From Takakia lepidozioides (taxonomy: Eukaryota; Plantae; Bryophyta), in contig CM060731.1 of assembly GCA_030704615.1 (NCBI GenBank), positions 80,476,001-80,540,000 of the forward strand: a stretch of 64,000 bases of DNA, given 5' to 3'. The first letter of the stretch is position 1, and the number at the start of each line of letters is the position of its first letter. A program made the translations under genes and the position numbers. The notes beneath the pieces were generated by a model. The model was not told the origin of the DNA and ran no database searches. It saw only the letters and a program-made list of their open reading frames with translations. Below, piece by piece: positions 51,490 through 63,708 of the stretch.

Positions 51490-52440
51490 ATGAAGGCATT
51501 TGCCTTCTGGACTTGTTTGGCGGGATCAGCACCGGATTGGCTGCTGTGCTACAGGCAGGTGTGCGGGTAGGCGTTACTGTATGTGGAGAGGGATGAGACT
51601 GCACGACGCGTCTCACTGCGCCATGTGGCTCAGTTGGTACAGCAGTATCCTGACTTGTTGCATGTGTCTGCAGTTCGTGGATACCACAAGCCTTGCCAGC
51701 AGACATTTCCTTGTGGGGCGCAAGATTTGGAGCAAGTTGGCTCCATTGATCTGATAGTGGCAGGTTGGCCCTGCCAAGGGCATTCATCAGCCAGGCATGG
51801 CAATGGATTGCGAGACTCGAGGACGGGTCTGTTTTGGGAGATGGTGCGGATTTTGCGCTGCTTGCAGCTTCATCAAGCTGTATCTCAAGCATACATCTTG
51901 GAGAATGTACCACTGATGGGTGATTCTCGGGCCAGGGTGATGGCCAGTGTGCATCAAGTCTGGTCGTGGCTTGGGTCAGCAGTGTTTGCTGGATGCAGCT
52001 GCAGTGGGGTCACGGGCTCATCGTCCACGACTATGGTGGACTAACTTGATGCCACCCGCACTGCTCAAGCGTGCATTTGATGGGGTGCAGCGGCCAGCAC
52101 ACCTCACCGTGGATGGCATTTTGGACACAGGAAGGCAGTCTCAACGTGTGAGACACGATGACCGTTCGCCTTTGGCAGTGGTCAACAGGGTGGGTCAACC
52201 ACGAGCAGCATTACCTACACTGCTCAGCTTCCCAGGATCCCATGCTTTTCGGGATGGTGGACCTGGCCTCCTGTGGGATGCTCAGTTGCAGCAGTTAGTG
52301 GAGCCTAATGCCGACGAGCGAGAGCGGGCTATGGGGTTTTCCACTGGGACCACGGCGGTGCCTTCTCTTTCTGAGGCATCACGTCGTCAGGTGTTGGGGC
52401 AAGCAATGGATCTCAATTGCTTGACCTGGATTGTCAGCTT
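51490..52440 (+). CDS. DNMT3-like DNA (cytosine-5) methyltransferase domain within pol (frameshifts ~51575 and ~51980)
   Basis: Motif I LLDLFGG, II YVERD, IV DLIVAGWPCQG, V RTGLFWE, VI YILENV, VIII AHRPRLWWTN, IX ERERAMGF..GTT, X RRQVLGQAM. Confidence 0.93.
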
Positions 52441-52899
52441 GGCTATGGCTGAGCAACGTAGAGTGCGGAGTGCACTTCCCTTGACGGTCTCTCTGCCTAC
52501 CGAGACGGTACAGGCAGCGAGTGGGGGCGAGCCGGTGAGGACCACGAGGTGTAGACATCCATGGCACATGTGGGAGGTGCTCGAGGTTCAGAGGGAGTTG
52601 GCAGCGAAGGCAGCTGTGATGGATGAGGTTGGGGATTCTTCTCGGGATGAGGAGGTTCTCAATGATGAGATGATGGGGCAGGATGAGGCCTTGTCATTGA
52701 CTGAGCAGGAAGGGGTACTGCTCAAGAGGTTGCAGCATAGCAACCACGGGACGCGTCCTCTACCTCTAAGCCCACTGGACTTAAGGTTGCAGTTACGGAG
52801 GACAATTGGGAGCCTGACATTGGACCCATTGTCACCGGAGGAGAGAGACGACGTATACGGCGGTTCCTGAGGGCTTATAGGAATTGCTTTGCCTTCAGT

Positions 52900-55873
52900 T
52901 TGAAGGACTTGGGAGCACTGAAGGGTCAAGAGATCCGTATTGAGTTGGCCACTGACACGCCAATCTTTCGGAGACCCTATAGATACAGTGACATGGAGAG
53001 GTCTTTGATTCAGATGAGGACTCAAGATCTCTGGGAGGCAGGTTTGGTGGAGCTCTCTGGTGGAGAGTATGCTTCAGCCACAGTGATGCCAGCTAAGAAG
53101 GATGTCTATGGCAATTGGACAGAGAGACGTATGTGCGGTGATTACCGGCCTGTAAATCGTCAGACCAAGTCCGATAGGTATGCCATGCCAACACCAGAGG
53201 AGATCTTTGATGCCATTGGGCATTCCAAGGTCTTTAGCACGTTGGATTTACGATCCGGATATCACCAGTTGCCGATCAAGGAGGCGGATAAGCAAAAGAC
53301 GACATTCTGGGGGATCAATGAGCACGGGAAGGATTGCCTATACCAGTGGCGGTTCTTACCATTTGGGCTTAAAAACGCTCCCGCTGAGTTTCAAAGAGTC
53401 ATGGACAGGATTCTAGCAGGGGTGGAGTTTGCTCGGTGCTACATAGATGACATCATCATCTTTAGTGCTACGGTGGAGGAGCATGAGAGACACCTTCAGG
53501 GGGTATTTGAGCGCTTAAGGACGCACGGATTGAAGTTACATCCGGGCAAGTGCAAGTTTTTCCACAACCAGATTGAGTATCTGGGTCACATGATATATCC
53601 TGGAGGATTGGGGGTACAGCAGACTAAGGTAGAGTCCATTGCACAGGTTCCACGCCCCACGGATGTGAGCCGAGTTCGAGCTTTCATGGGGTTAGCAAAC
53701 TATTACAGACGGTTTGTTAAGGGATTTAGTGCCATTGCAAAGGCTCTAACCAAGCTGACCAAGGTGGACCAGGAGTGGCAGTGGGAAGATGAGCAAGAAC
53801 AAGCTTTTCAAGAGCTCAAGGCGAGGTTGACCTCGGCGCCCATCTTGAGACGACCTATCAGGGGGCGTCCTTTTCAGCTGCATACAGATTGGAGCATGCT
53901 GGGGCTTGGAGCGGTGCTCACACAGGTGGATGATGAGGGAAGAGAGTTCGTAGTGGCTTATGCTAGCCGCTCGAACAATGCTGCAGAGTCTAAGTATAGC
54001 TCATATGAGGGAGAATGCTTAGCTGCAGTGTGGGCCGTGGCACACTTCAGGTGCTATCTATACGGCAATCTCTTCACCCTTGTCACGGATCACCAACCAC
54101 TCAAGTGGTTGATGGAGTCAGACAAGCTTACGGGGAAGCTTGCACGGTGGGCACTCATCCTTCAAGAGTATGACTTCCAGGTGGTGCATCGACCGGGTTT
54201 GGTCAATCGCAATGCAGATGGGTTGAGTCGCAATCCATGCACGAGCCAGCAGGATGACACTGGAGCTCGGTGGCATGGTGAGACGGACGAGGAGATGGTG
54301 CCCGGATGGCATGCATCTGCATTTCTGTGTATCTTGGCAGCGGAAGGCCAGGTTGGACATGCAACAGGGATGACTGTAGATCAAGTGTCTGAGGACCCTG
54401 AGGCCAGCAATGAGCAAGGTGGCGCCAAAGATATACATGAGGATTCAGTTGTGTTGGACTACCTCCGCACTGGAGACACGGCAGCCACTGTGACTGCCAA
54501 GGAGAGGGATCGGATCCTACAACGAGCCAAGAGGTTCAAGTGGGAGGGGACACACCTGCTCCGAGTGTGGGAGGATGGTCGAGTGAGGATTGTGCCTCAC
54601 CCAACACAGCGGGCACGGTTAGTGCGGCATGCCCATGAGGAGTTGGGGCATTTTGGGGTGCGACGCACTCATAGTCTACTGCAGGGGCAATATTGGTGGC
54701 GTGGTATGCACACAGAGGTGCAACAATTTGTGGCTAGGTGCATGGTGTGTGACAGGGTGCGTGCTTCATTCAACGCCCCTACTCCACAATTGCACCCTCT
54801 TCCGATCATGGGATTGGGCTACAGGTGGAGTCTTGACTTCGCAGGGCCGTTGCCACTGACCATGCGCCACAACAAGTACGTATTGGTGATGGTGGAGCAC
54901 TTCTCCAAGTGGATTGAATTGGTTCCATTGCCTGATAAGGCTAGTGAGGGAGCTGCGTATGCATTCCTGGATTGTGTGCTTAGCCGATTCGGTGCTCCAG
55001 CTGAGGTACTCACGGACCAAGGGAGAGAGTTCTTGGGGGAGTTTCAGGCTTTGTGTGAAAGGCCTTGATAGACCACCGCACCACTTCTCGGGATCATCCT
55101 GAGGCCGATGGCTTGGCAGAGAGAGTTGTTCAGACAGTAAAGAGGGGTTTGCGCAAGTATGGCTTGCAGAAGCACACCTAGGAGATTGGGACCTTCAGTT
55201 ACCCTGGTTAGCCATGGGCTACAGGTTCAGCAAGCAAGCATCACTTGCCTCCTTCTCACCATACTTTCTTCTCTTTGGCCGAGAGCCGGATTTGCCTACA
55301 TCCATTCGCAGAGAAGCTGCTACAGTTCTTAACCTTGACGGTCCGGACGTGTGGGCACGTGCATGTGAGCAGCGTGCAGAGTTGTTCAAGAGAGTCATGC
55401 CCATGGCTTTTGAGAACCTTGCCATTGCACAACATCGTGATACGTTGAGGTATGCTACCATACGTGGTGGGGGCTATCGTCCTGGGGTTCGGAGATTCAA
55501 CCCTGGTGACTATGTCTATCTGCAGCAGACTGCTCCTACGACCCTGGATGTGACTGCAGGACGTGTTATTTTGAGGGTTCGAGAGGTCTTGCCCTCAGGC
55601 GTCTTGGTCTTGGAGGGTCGGGATGGCATAACTTGGAAGGACCATGTGCGTAATTGTGCGCCATGTCACCTTCTGAATGTCGATGGCAGGATTGACCCAA
55701 ACCTGGCAGTGGTATCTGCAGGTTTGAGGTGCATGTTGTGTGGGTCTGCTAAAGGGGCAGCCACCATGCTGGTGTGTGATCGATGCTCTAGAGGTTGGCA
55801 TATGGGATGCTTGACTCCACCTCTTGAGATGGTTCCAGATGGGGATTGGTTATGTCCACATTGCATTGGATAA
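52900..55873 (+). CDS. pol: RT-RNase H-integrase-PHD (frameshifts ~55060 and ~55180)
   Basis: RMCGDYR, LDLRSGYHQ, LPFGLKNAP, YIDD; HTDWS, TDHQPL; H..H..CMVC, SLDFAG, LTDQG; C-terminal C4HC3 CMLC..CDRC..WH..C..CPHC. Confidence 0.95.
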
Positions 55874-56133
55874 TGGGAGTGGATACAACCATGGAAGGCT
55901 AACAAGAAACGCAAGGCCCAGCTACTAGAAGACCTTGAACACGCGAGATCCTGCCTCAAGTTCACAGATTGCAAGACGGCGACTAACGATGGGGCTACTC
56001 TTGTACCCGACCTCTTGGTCTATAGAGTTTGAGTACAATAGGGACAGTGATAGAGGACTTAGTACGGTTGTGGCTATTTCATCTTGTAGCTATCTGGAGG
56101 TAGAGGGACCTAACCACCAGCTAGGGGGGCGAT

Positions 56134-56647
56134 TGTGGCAGACTACTTTATTGTGCATATATGTGTGGTGTGGTTTGGACAGCGATGTAGTTGTGTAGCG
56201 ATATGTATGCGCACGACAGCTGTCAAGTTAAATAAGCACAGTGTGAAAACAGCTAGAATAAAACTAGTTATTTGTATTTAACACTTGGATTTAGGTCAAG
56301 TGTTAAATCAGGTGTCAAGTTTAGTTTGACACCTGGTCCGTCTTATCTTCACGAGAGCGGCAGTCGCGCGGCTCATCTTTCTCGAGTTGAGCCTGCGCGA
56401 CCGAGCTCCTTCATCGCTTCAGATATGAGTGTGCTTATGATGGGAGTGTAGGTTGTTGTGGGGTGGAGTCCCCATAGCTTGGGGTGCCCCTGGCTCGACT
56501 ACTATTTCAAAGAGTGATGATGGTTTTGGTTTTCCAAGTGTGTTCGTTGGTTTTTCTATCATTGTGGCAGACTACTTTATTGTGCATATATGTGTGGTGT
56601 GGTTTGGACAGCGATGTAGTTGTGTAGCGATATGTATGCGCACGACA
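56134..56647 (+). repeat. Complete 3' LTR (A+GC+B, 56134-56561, 428 bp) followed by a second copy of A (56563-56647)
   Basis: TGTGGCAGAC starts directly after the PPT and the LTR ends at CTATCA. The 85-bp segment A is identical at 56134-56218 and 56563-56647. Confidence 0.93.
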
Positions 56648-56929
56648 AATTTGACAAGAACCCAACATTAGGGAACCGTGTCTCATGCTCAAACCAACAT
56701 TCGTTGGATCAAGTTTCTCAACATTGTCAATGAGAACTCAGCCTTCAATAAGCCCTCATTGGGCTCCTCAGTGGAGGCAGCTAATATACCAAAAAATCCA
56801 TGTGAGGGTAGCTCAGGAGTGGGTGGATGCGGAGCTATGCCACCTTTAGGGTTCAAGTGGTCAATCACAGTGGTCAATAGTGACAAGAATACAATTGAAT
56901 CATATTAGAGAGAGAAGACTTCGGCCTAA

Positions 56930-58430
56930 ACCGGCATAACTAAGAGCCACTTCACCTTGCTGCTACTGCCCCCTTTCGGGGGTGGGTCCTATAAGAAAGA
57001 CGGGTGTCCAGGAGGACACCAGATAACATGGGGATAAAGAGGTACCATTGGTACCCCTGAGATACCTAGGGTACCGTCGTAGGGCTGGATTCCAGTTGCC
57101 GTTTGTTAGTAATAATGGTTGTGAGTGAGCGGAGCGCCGTGAGGTGGATGGCTTTGAAACATTTGTGGATAGGGGGGATGGGGATTTTGAAGTTGTCATG
57201 CAGAGCAGCGATACTAACATTGTGGATACCACCCCTGGTTCCGGTATGTCAACTCTATGAGATGTATAGTGAATTTTGGAGAGGGTGCAGTGGGTGGTGG
57301 TGTGTTAGTGGGTAGGGCAATTGCATGGTACGGTGGACCAAAAGCGACAGATTTTTCCTCCATGAAAGTCCATATAAGTACCTCAAATTGAGGGAATTTA
57401 TCCAAATATTTAAATTTAGATTATAGATATGATATATTTAACACTTTTAGTAAAAAGTCTCACCCCAAATATGCTAGAATGTTTTTATTAGAAATTTTAG
57501 TATTTAATTCTGAAAATATAAAATCATTTTTTTATTTCTAATAATTATAGATTTTTGAATTTTTTCCATATATCACTTGGCACCTCTAGATCATGGGTTT
57601 TTACACATTTTTAATAATGATGATATCCCAAAAGCCTCTAAATGAGGATGATGTACATTAGGGAAAATAGACCCAGTTTGGGCCCAGTGTTTAGTATAAA
57701 TTTGTCCATACCTCTCATTCCTTGATGTTTTTAGTCCATATAAAAGTGCATTGGGTAGCTTTAAAAAATGGCACCCCTAATGTGTTTTTTTTTTTGCTAT
57801 CACTTAGGTGTATATGATGTTTTTTTAGTCCATATGGTTTTTCATGTGTAACACTGCAGTCCATAAGATTCAACTTTAAGAGTCCATAGCTCTTTCATAG
57901 ATGATTTTTTTTGCAACAAAAAAATTGGATTATGTCTCTACTGTAGTTACAAATCTTAGACTGTATAAACTTGTATGAAATATTGAGTTGTGATTTTACT
58001 ATAAAAGGTACCATGAATGGAGGTCACTGCAGAAACTGCCATGTTACGCAGTTTTTGGTCCACCGTAGCCTGCAACTACCCGGTAGTCCTAGGACAAGTA
58101 GGATATCAGGGAAGAGCCTGGCGGGGCAGGTGCATGGTGAGTGGGTACATGCGCAGGGAAGCAACCATGGCGGTACAGTGTGATCTGGTGGGCGTCCTTG
58201 ATAGGTACCTGCGTTAATGAGTGAGTACCACCTAATTTCAGGACGGCTAAGAAGGAGTTTATGGATGTGCCAGACTGCATGGTTGTGACGAGTGATATGT
58301 AGGCCATGGATGATTGGGTGGGTACATTGGCTAAGGAGATGTGGCCAGGTGTCACGTGCATGGTGGGTATTAGAGCACAGTGGGCAATAGGGGGATGGGA
58401 AGAGGCGCAACCAGAAGATATGTTTACGTG
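56930..58430 (-). pseudogene. RLE-type non-LTR retrotransposon 3' fragment inserted in the hAT, split by an AT-rich insert (~57400-58020)
   Basis: CPLC...DTWPHLLSQC (zinc knuckle), RHNHAV, PDILLV, then IHLIELTY. Confidence 0.65.
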
Positions 58431-60050
58431 AATCATATTCTTGCACCAGACATTCAGCTGACACCCTACCAATGTAATCAACAATGCACTGTAAGCCTTT
58501 GAAACATGGATCCAATATTAAGGCTAACATTTTATGTGCCTTGTTCTCAATGAAATATTCGGCAAATGAAAGAAATGGGCGAAGAACCTCTGTGACTTGG
58601 AGGGCCATGCGAGCCTAAAACAGCTCTATTTCCTGCTCAAAGGATCCACATCGCAAGGGTGGCACATGAACCGCCCTTACTTCCATAATCTTCATCATCT
58701 CTATCATGATAGCCAAGCTATCAGAGAGGGCATCTGAGAGCAGCCAGTAACCCTTCCGTTGGTTCAGAATGCATTGGTGCACTACAGGTGTCAAAGATTC
58801 CTCCATGGCTTTGGCTATGGCCCATGTCCGCGCACTGGGAACCTTAGTCTACAAGGCAGCAGATTGCCATGTGTAGTAGATATTGATGGCATTAGCATAT
58901 GCCAAAGTCTCTTGGAACATGACTTTCGAAGCAAATCTTGTCTTGACAAGGAACCTGAGTTTTCTCTTGGGCAGGTCTGCATCCACATGCCTTCTCCCAC
59001 TCCGACTTATATTACCCTTACTATTTTTTTTGTCCAAGTAATGGTTTTCTGCAAGGTTGCCTGAGCCTCTTTCAAGCTCACCTCAATCATACCACCACTG
59101 ACATTCTCTTCATTTGTTGCGTACTGGCATGCCCAAAGCAAGACCATAGGGCTCTAACAGCTTCAAAGGATCACATTTCACCACTGAACTTAGGGTAGAT
59201 TGCAAAGTCTGAAGGTTAGCCCCTTCATCCTTTACATAAGTTATCACGTCCTTATCTGATAGCTTGAATCGAGCCAGCAGAGCTCTCACAAGTGGCTACA
59301 AGAGCAACTCCAGATGTATCTAGAGCTTCAAATTTGACAACTTGTAATATGACATGGACACCAAACCTCATTGATAAAGTTTATCACAAGTGCAAAGGTG
59401 TCATGCCCTGATCTGGACATCCACAAGTCAAAGGAGCAAGTCATAGTGGAGCGGCAGAGGCTATGGCAAGTAGAACATACGTGTCCATCGTTTTCTTGAA
59501 CAAAGTAGGTAGATGGTCTTTCACAAGCTGTTTTCTGCTAGCTGGAAATACAACCTGACCACATTGTCTCATGACTAATATGCAGAGCCAGGGATTCTCA
59601 ACAACTGACAAGGGCATGTACCCTTTACAGACCATAAGCATCAGATGTTCAATGAACCTCAGTTGGGCACGATTATCTTTCATATATGGCCTACAATTGC
59701 CAAAGAACGATGTGATAGCATTCGAAGGCACAAATTGTCGTTTTTTGGTTTTCTCACATTTATAGCTACCCTTATTTACAACAATTTCCCTATGGGCTTT
59801 GAATTTTGCAAGATCAGATCCATGCTCATTAGAGACATGTTTCTTCATTACAATTATGCCATGATCTGGATTGTAATTTACAAATTAGCCTTTTCTGGTC
59901 GTGGTTGAGTTACTGAGAGCTATGAGCATTCTCCTCTGAATGACACATTATGCACCTCATTATGTCTCATTGACCTCTACCTTAGCATTTGCATCATTCA
60001 TGACAAAAAATGCCCAATACTCAGAACCTCTATGATATGGGAGCAAAAAT
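58430..60050 (-). pseudogene. hAT transposase N-terminal and central portion, degraded
   Basis: MKKHVSNEH (BED-like end), KGYMPLSVVENPWL, FDLWMSR, LQKTITW...GKG, LALILDP.FK.L. Confidence 0.8.
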
Positions 60051-62299
60051 CCCTGATTGGCAACCAAAACTTATAAGCGGTGGTGCCAGAGAGCCTCCTC
60101 CTCAACAATTCGGTCCTCTTACGCCGTACCACCAGCTTGCAGGACCTCCTCGCTTGTCACCGCCTGTCTCCAAGTCCTCTATATAATACCCAACAAATAA
60201 CAACAATGTTTCAATCTCACTAACCTCTAAAGTGTCCAAAGAAATCCATCTCCCCCAGCTAACCTTGTCACAAACTTGTCAATATTGCAAAACAAGCACT
60301 CAACATCATATTCTACAAGCAACTGATTGCAACAAGCACCAAATATGGGCAAGAGGAGCACAAAGCAGCACTTGAAACAGCCTCCTTGCTTGATGCCGCA
60401 TTGAAAGCCAACAAACCACCTTCATTGCGATCTCCTCCGTAGCAAAAATCAAAGCCAAGAATCTCACCAAAGCTGCCGCCGTCTCTACGCTAAACGCCTC
60501 CACATTGATACCTGAACGACGATACCAGCAACCGAGTTTGAGCGACAAAACAAATAACAACATTGTCATGGTTTTAGTCATGGTTATCTAGAATTACCTA
60601 CTTCTAGTTAACTAGGACATTTTAGATATTTATATTTATATTTTGTGTGTTGGGACTTCATTTGGTCTCACATGCCAAGTGAGATGTCGAGCCTCACTTG
60701 AGACATGGAGATAGGTTTTCCCCTTGTGAGTGTTGAGGAGGCTCATCTTCTTGTAGTTGAGCCTCCATGAGCTTCTCTCACCTCCATAGCTCTAGGTATT
60801 GAGAGGGAATGTGTTGAGGGCTTTGTAGGGTGGATTCCTTTAGCAAAGGTGCCCTTGGCTTGACTTAGTTTATGTGATAGAGTGGATTTCACTTGGAAGG
60901 ACTAGGGCTTGTTCTTCATGTGATTGCTTCATGCTTTGAGAGCTTTCATTGTCTTCTACTTCTCTCATTTCTCATCTCTTATCACTACAAGAAGATCACC
61001 TTATGCTTGTGAGTGCGGAGTGTAAGGATTAGTTTTGCACTTGTATTTTAAAGAGGTTGAGAGCTAGGAGAATTTAGCTCTTGTATCACAAGGCTTGCAA
61101 GGGGTTGCAAGGAAAGGTGCTCGAGTATTGCATGCACCAAGGAGTTGGAGAGCTTGAGAAGAAAGCTCTTGAGTCACAAGATTTTGCAAGGATTGTAAGG
61201 AGGAAGTCTTGTGTGTGTGGAAGCATGGATTCTAGGGTTTGAGAATCCTTTGTATGCATTATGGAGTCGATGGTGTGCGCCATGGCTTGTGGAGAGTGAC
61301 TAAAGGCTTGTTAGTGCTCATTTCACTATCAAGCTAGGGTAAAGCAAGTTCAAAGTGTGGATGTTGTGGAAGAGAAGCCAAGGAGCTATATATGCTTGGG
61401 CTTGAAGACAACAAGGGCAAGCACTTGGAGAGCACTAAAAAGCTCAAGAGGTTTTGAAAGGGAGCATGTGAAGAAATCTTCCAATCATGGTGGTGTGGAG
61501 CCAAGCTTAGGGTGCCATTGGAAGGGCTTGGAGAACATGTGGTGGGAAATCCTTGAAGGGAAATCATCATTCAATGTATGCATAGCTTCACCATAACTAT
61601 GTAATGTGACAAGAGGGGGAGGCAATACTTGGCTATTCATGCTCTTGGTAGTGCGAGCTTTGTGGTGGATAGTTGACCAAGCAAGTGGTGCATGTGTGGA
61701 ACATGCTTGCTTGAGTTTGTAAGTTCAAGTTTGAGAAGGGGAGCTCTTGAACTAGCAAGAGGTGAAGGCCTTTGAGATCCATTTGTGTGTGAAGTGTGGA
61801 GAGGTGTTGATTCATGTTATGATGAAGGAGATCAACACATAGGCCAAGAGGTCATGAAACATGCATTTAAATGACCACGGGGAGCACATGGATGATGGAT
61901 TGGTGCAAGACCCCAAATGAGGCATATGGCGTGAGAGTGGGATCCAAGGCGGATTGCTTGGGAGCATTATTGTAAGTGACAAGCATTGCTCCTACACATT
62001 GAGATAATTTGTGTTGATTTGGAGCAATTGTCAAGTGATGAGGAGACAAATGCATGATTGCTCGGCAATGGAGATATGGTAGTTTGCAATCAAATCCCAA
62101 GGACTAGAAGGGGGATTGATTTGGTGGACAATGACTTGCAAGTTGAGTTGGACCACTCTTGGTTGCACATTGGGGTGGAAAAGAGCAAGAAGATGCCTCT
62201 TATGACCACCTAGAGACCATATTTTTGCTTGAGTAGAAGCATAGAAGTCAAGGACTTGCATTCTAGCTCTTCATTACAAACCCTAGTAGTGTATGCTCA

Positions 62300-62695
62300 G
62301 ACTATACCTCTGTTAGTATACCAAACAGGAGCTTGTCCCTTTGACTATACCTCTGTTGAGGTATCACCATATGTGAACCATAATGTGAGACTATACCTTT
62401 GTTAGTATACCAAACAAGAGCTTGTCCATTTTACTATACCTCTATTGAGGTATCACCATATGTGAACCCTAATCAGCTGAGACTATACCTCTGTTAGTAT
62501 ACCAAACAGGAGCTTGTCCCTTTTACTATACCTCTGTTGAGGTATCACCATATGTGGACCCTAATCAGCTCAGACTATACCTCTGTTAGTATACCAAACA
62601 GAACCCTCATTTTCAGACTATACCTCTGTAAAGGTATCATCAACATAAGGGACCCTAGCAATCCCAGACTATACCTCTCTTAAGGTATCAACAGT
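62300..62695. repeat. Tandem array (~90-bp units of two ~45-bp hairpin subunits)
   Basis: Core GACTATACCTCTGTT(G)AG(G)TAT occurs about 9 times. Units start at 62300, 62389, 62481 and 62573. Confidence 0.9.
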
Positions 62696-62719
62696 GAAAG
62701 GACTTAGTGAAATTTAAGG

Positions 62720-62865
62720 GCCTTTGGAGGATTGTTTGGAAGATATTTGAGGGCCCTTGGAGGAGTATTTGGAGGATCTTTGGGGTCCTTGGAGGAGTGT
62801 TTGGAGGATCTTTGGGGTCCTTGGAGGATCTTTGGGGTCCTTGGAGGACCCTTCGAGGAGCTTTG
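62720..62865. repeat. Short degenerate tandem repeat TTGGAGGATCTTTGGGGTCC
   Basis: About 20-bp unit repeated 4-5 times. Confidence 0.8.
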
Positions 62866-63708
62866 GTGGACAATGTTGAAGAGCTCTTGAAGGATTGATT
62901 GAGGGATATTGAAGGATACTTGCCACGGCCATACAAGCGAGTGGATAGAGACAGGAGGGAGAGTGGTGGGATGAGAGCATTCTGGGGTTAGGAATTGCTT
63001 TAGTTTCTCTTCTCCATAGTCTTTCACCCTCTCTGTAGGCCAAAACCTTTCCGTAGGTGGAGGCAAGAGTCAGTCCGGGTATGGGCTGGGGTGTCCTTGC
63101 AGGAGCGACACTGTGGAGTGTTTTTGGTGTGGGGGAGTTGCTGTCTTGATTTTCTTGTGTTTGGATCCCCTCCACACCTGCATGCTTGACTGTGCGCCAT
63201 GTTAGCTTTGTGTGGGCGCTTGTTTTCATAGGAGGTTGGTCCGGATTTGATCACCGGCCAATCCTAGAGTATGCTGTCGGTGGTGAGGCTGAAGTGATGA
63301 CCAACAAGACCACTAGTGTTTCTTCTATGGTGAGGCTGGGTTGATGACCAGCAGACCATAGGAGTGCTTGCGGTGGATGCAGGTGCAGGTACAGGTCTAC
63401 GTTAGAAACCTATTATTCCTGCTTGAACCAGTAGCCGCAACAGGTTCTTTACCCGGTTACCTTGTAGAAAGTGGGGATTAGAGACAGGTTGACAACCGGT
63501 TGGGTTGTGAGTTTTCATCACGGAGGTGCCACCAGCTACTGAGGGGAGTGCCGGTACAAGCACCAGCGATACTAGTAGGTACACAAGACAAGGTGTGCGG
63601 TTTAGGCCACTTTCACCTTCAGTGTCTTCTGAGGAAGGTTCAGACTCGGAGTCAGGAGGATTCTCGCCCAGGGTGCAAGTCATTTCCGTGCCATTGTTGT
63701 GGGACACG

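Larger units (their letters stand above)
44883..56647 (+). mobile_element. Full-length Ty3/Gypsy LTR retrotransposon encoding a C5 DNA methyltransferase and a PHD finger
   Basis: TG...CA ends with AATT TSD (44879-44882 and 56648-56651). Domain order gag-PR-DNMT-RT-RH-INT-PHD. PPT AGGGGGGCGA at ~56123-56132. Confidence 0.95.

Noticed and set aside
51490-52440. Host DRM/DNMT3 gene or bacterial contamination
   Set aside because: The domain is intronless and embedded between protease and RT within LTRs with a TSD, in a plant context.
44883-56647. DIRS/Ngaro tyrosine-recombinase element, suggested by the split direct repeats
   Set aside because: It encodes an aspartic protease and an HHCC-DDE integrase, has a PPT and a TSD, and shows no tyrosine recombinase.
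62300-62695. CRISPR-like array of palindromic repeats
   Set aside because: The intervening sequences are themselves repeated rather than unique spacers, the context is a eukaryotic retroelement leader, and there are no cas genes.
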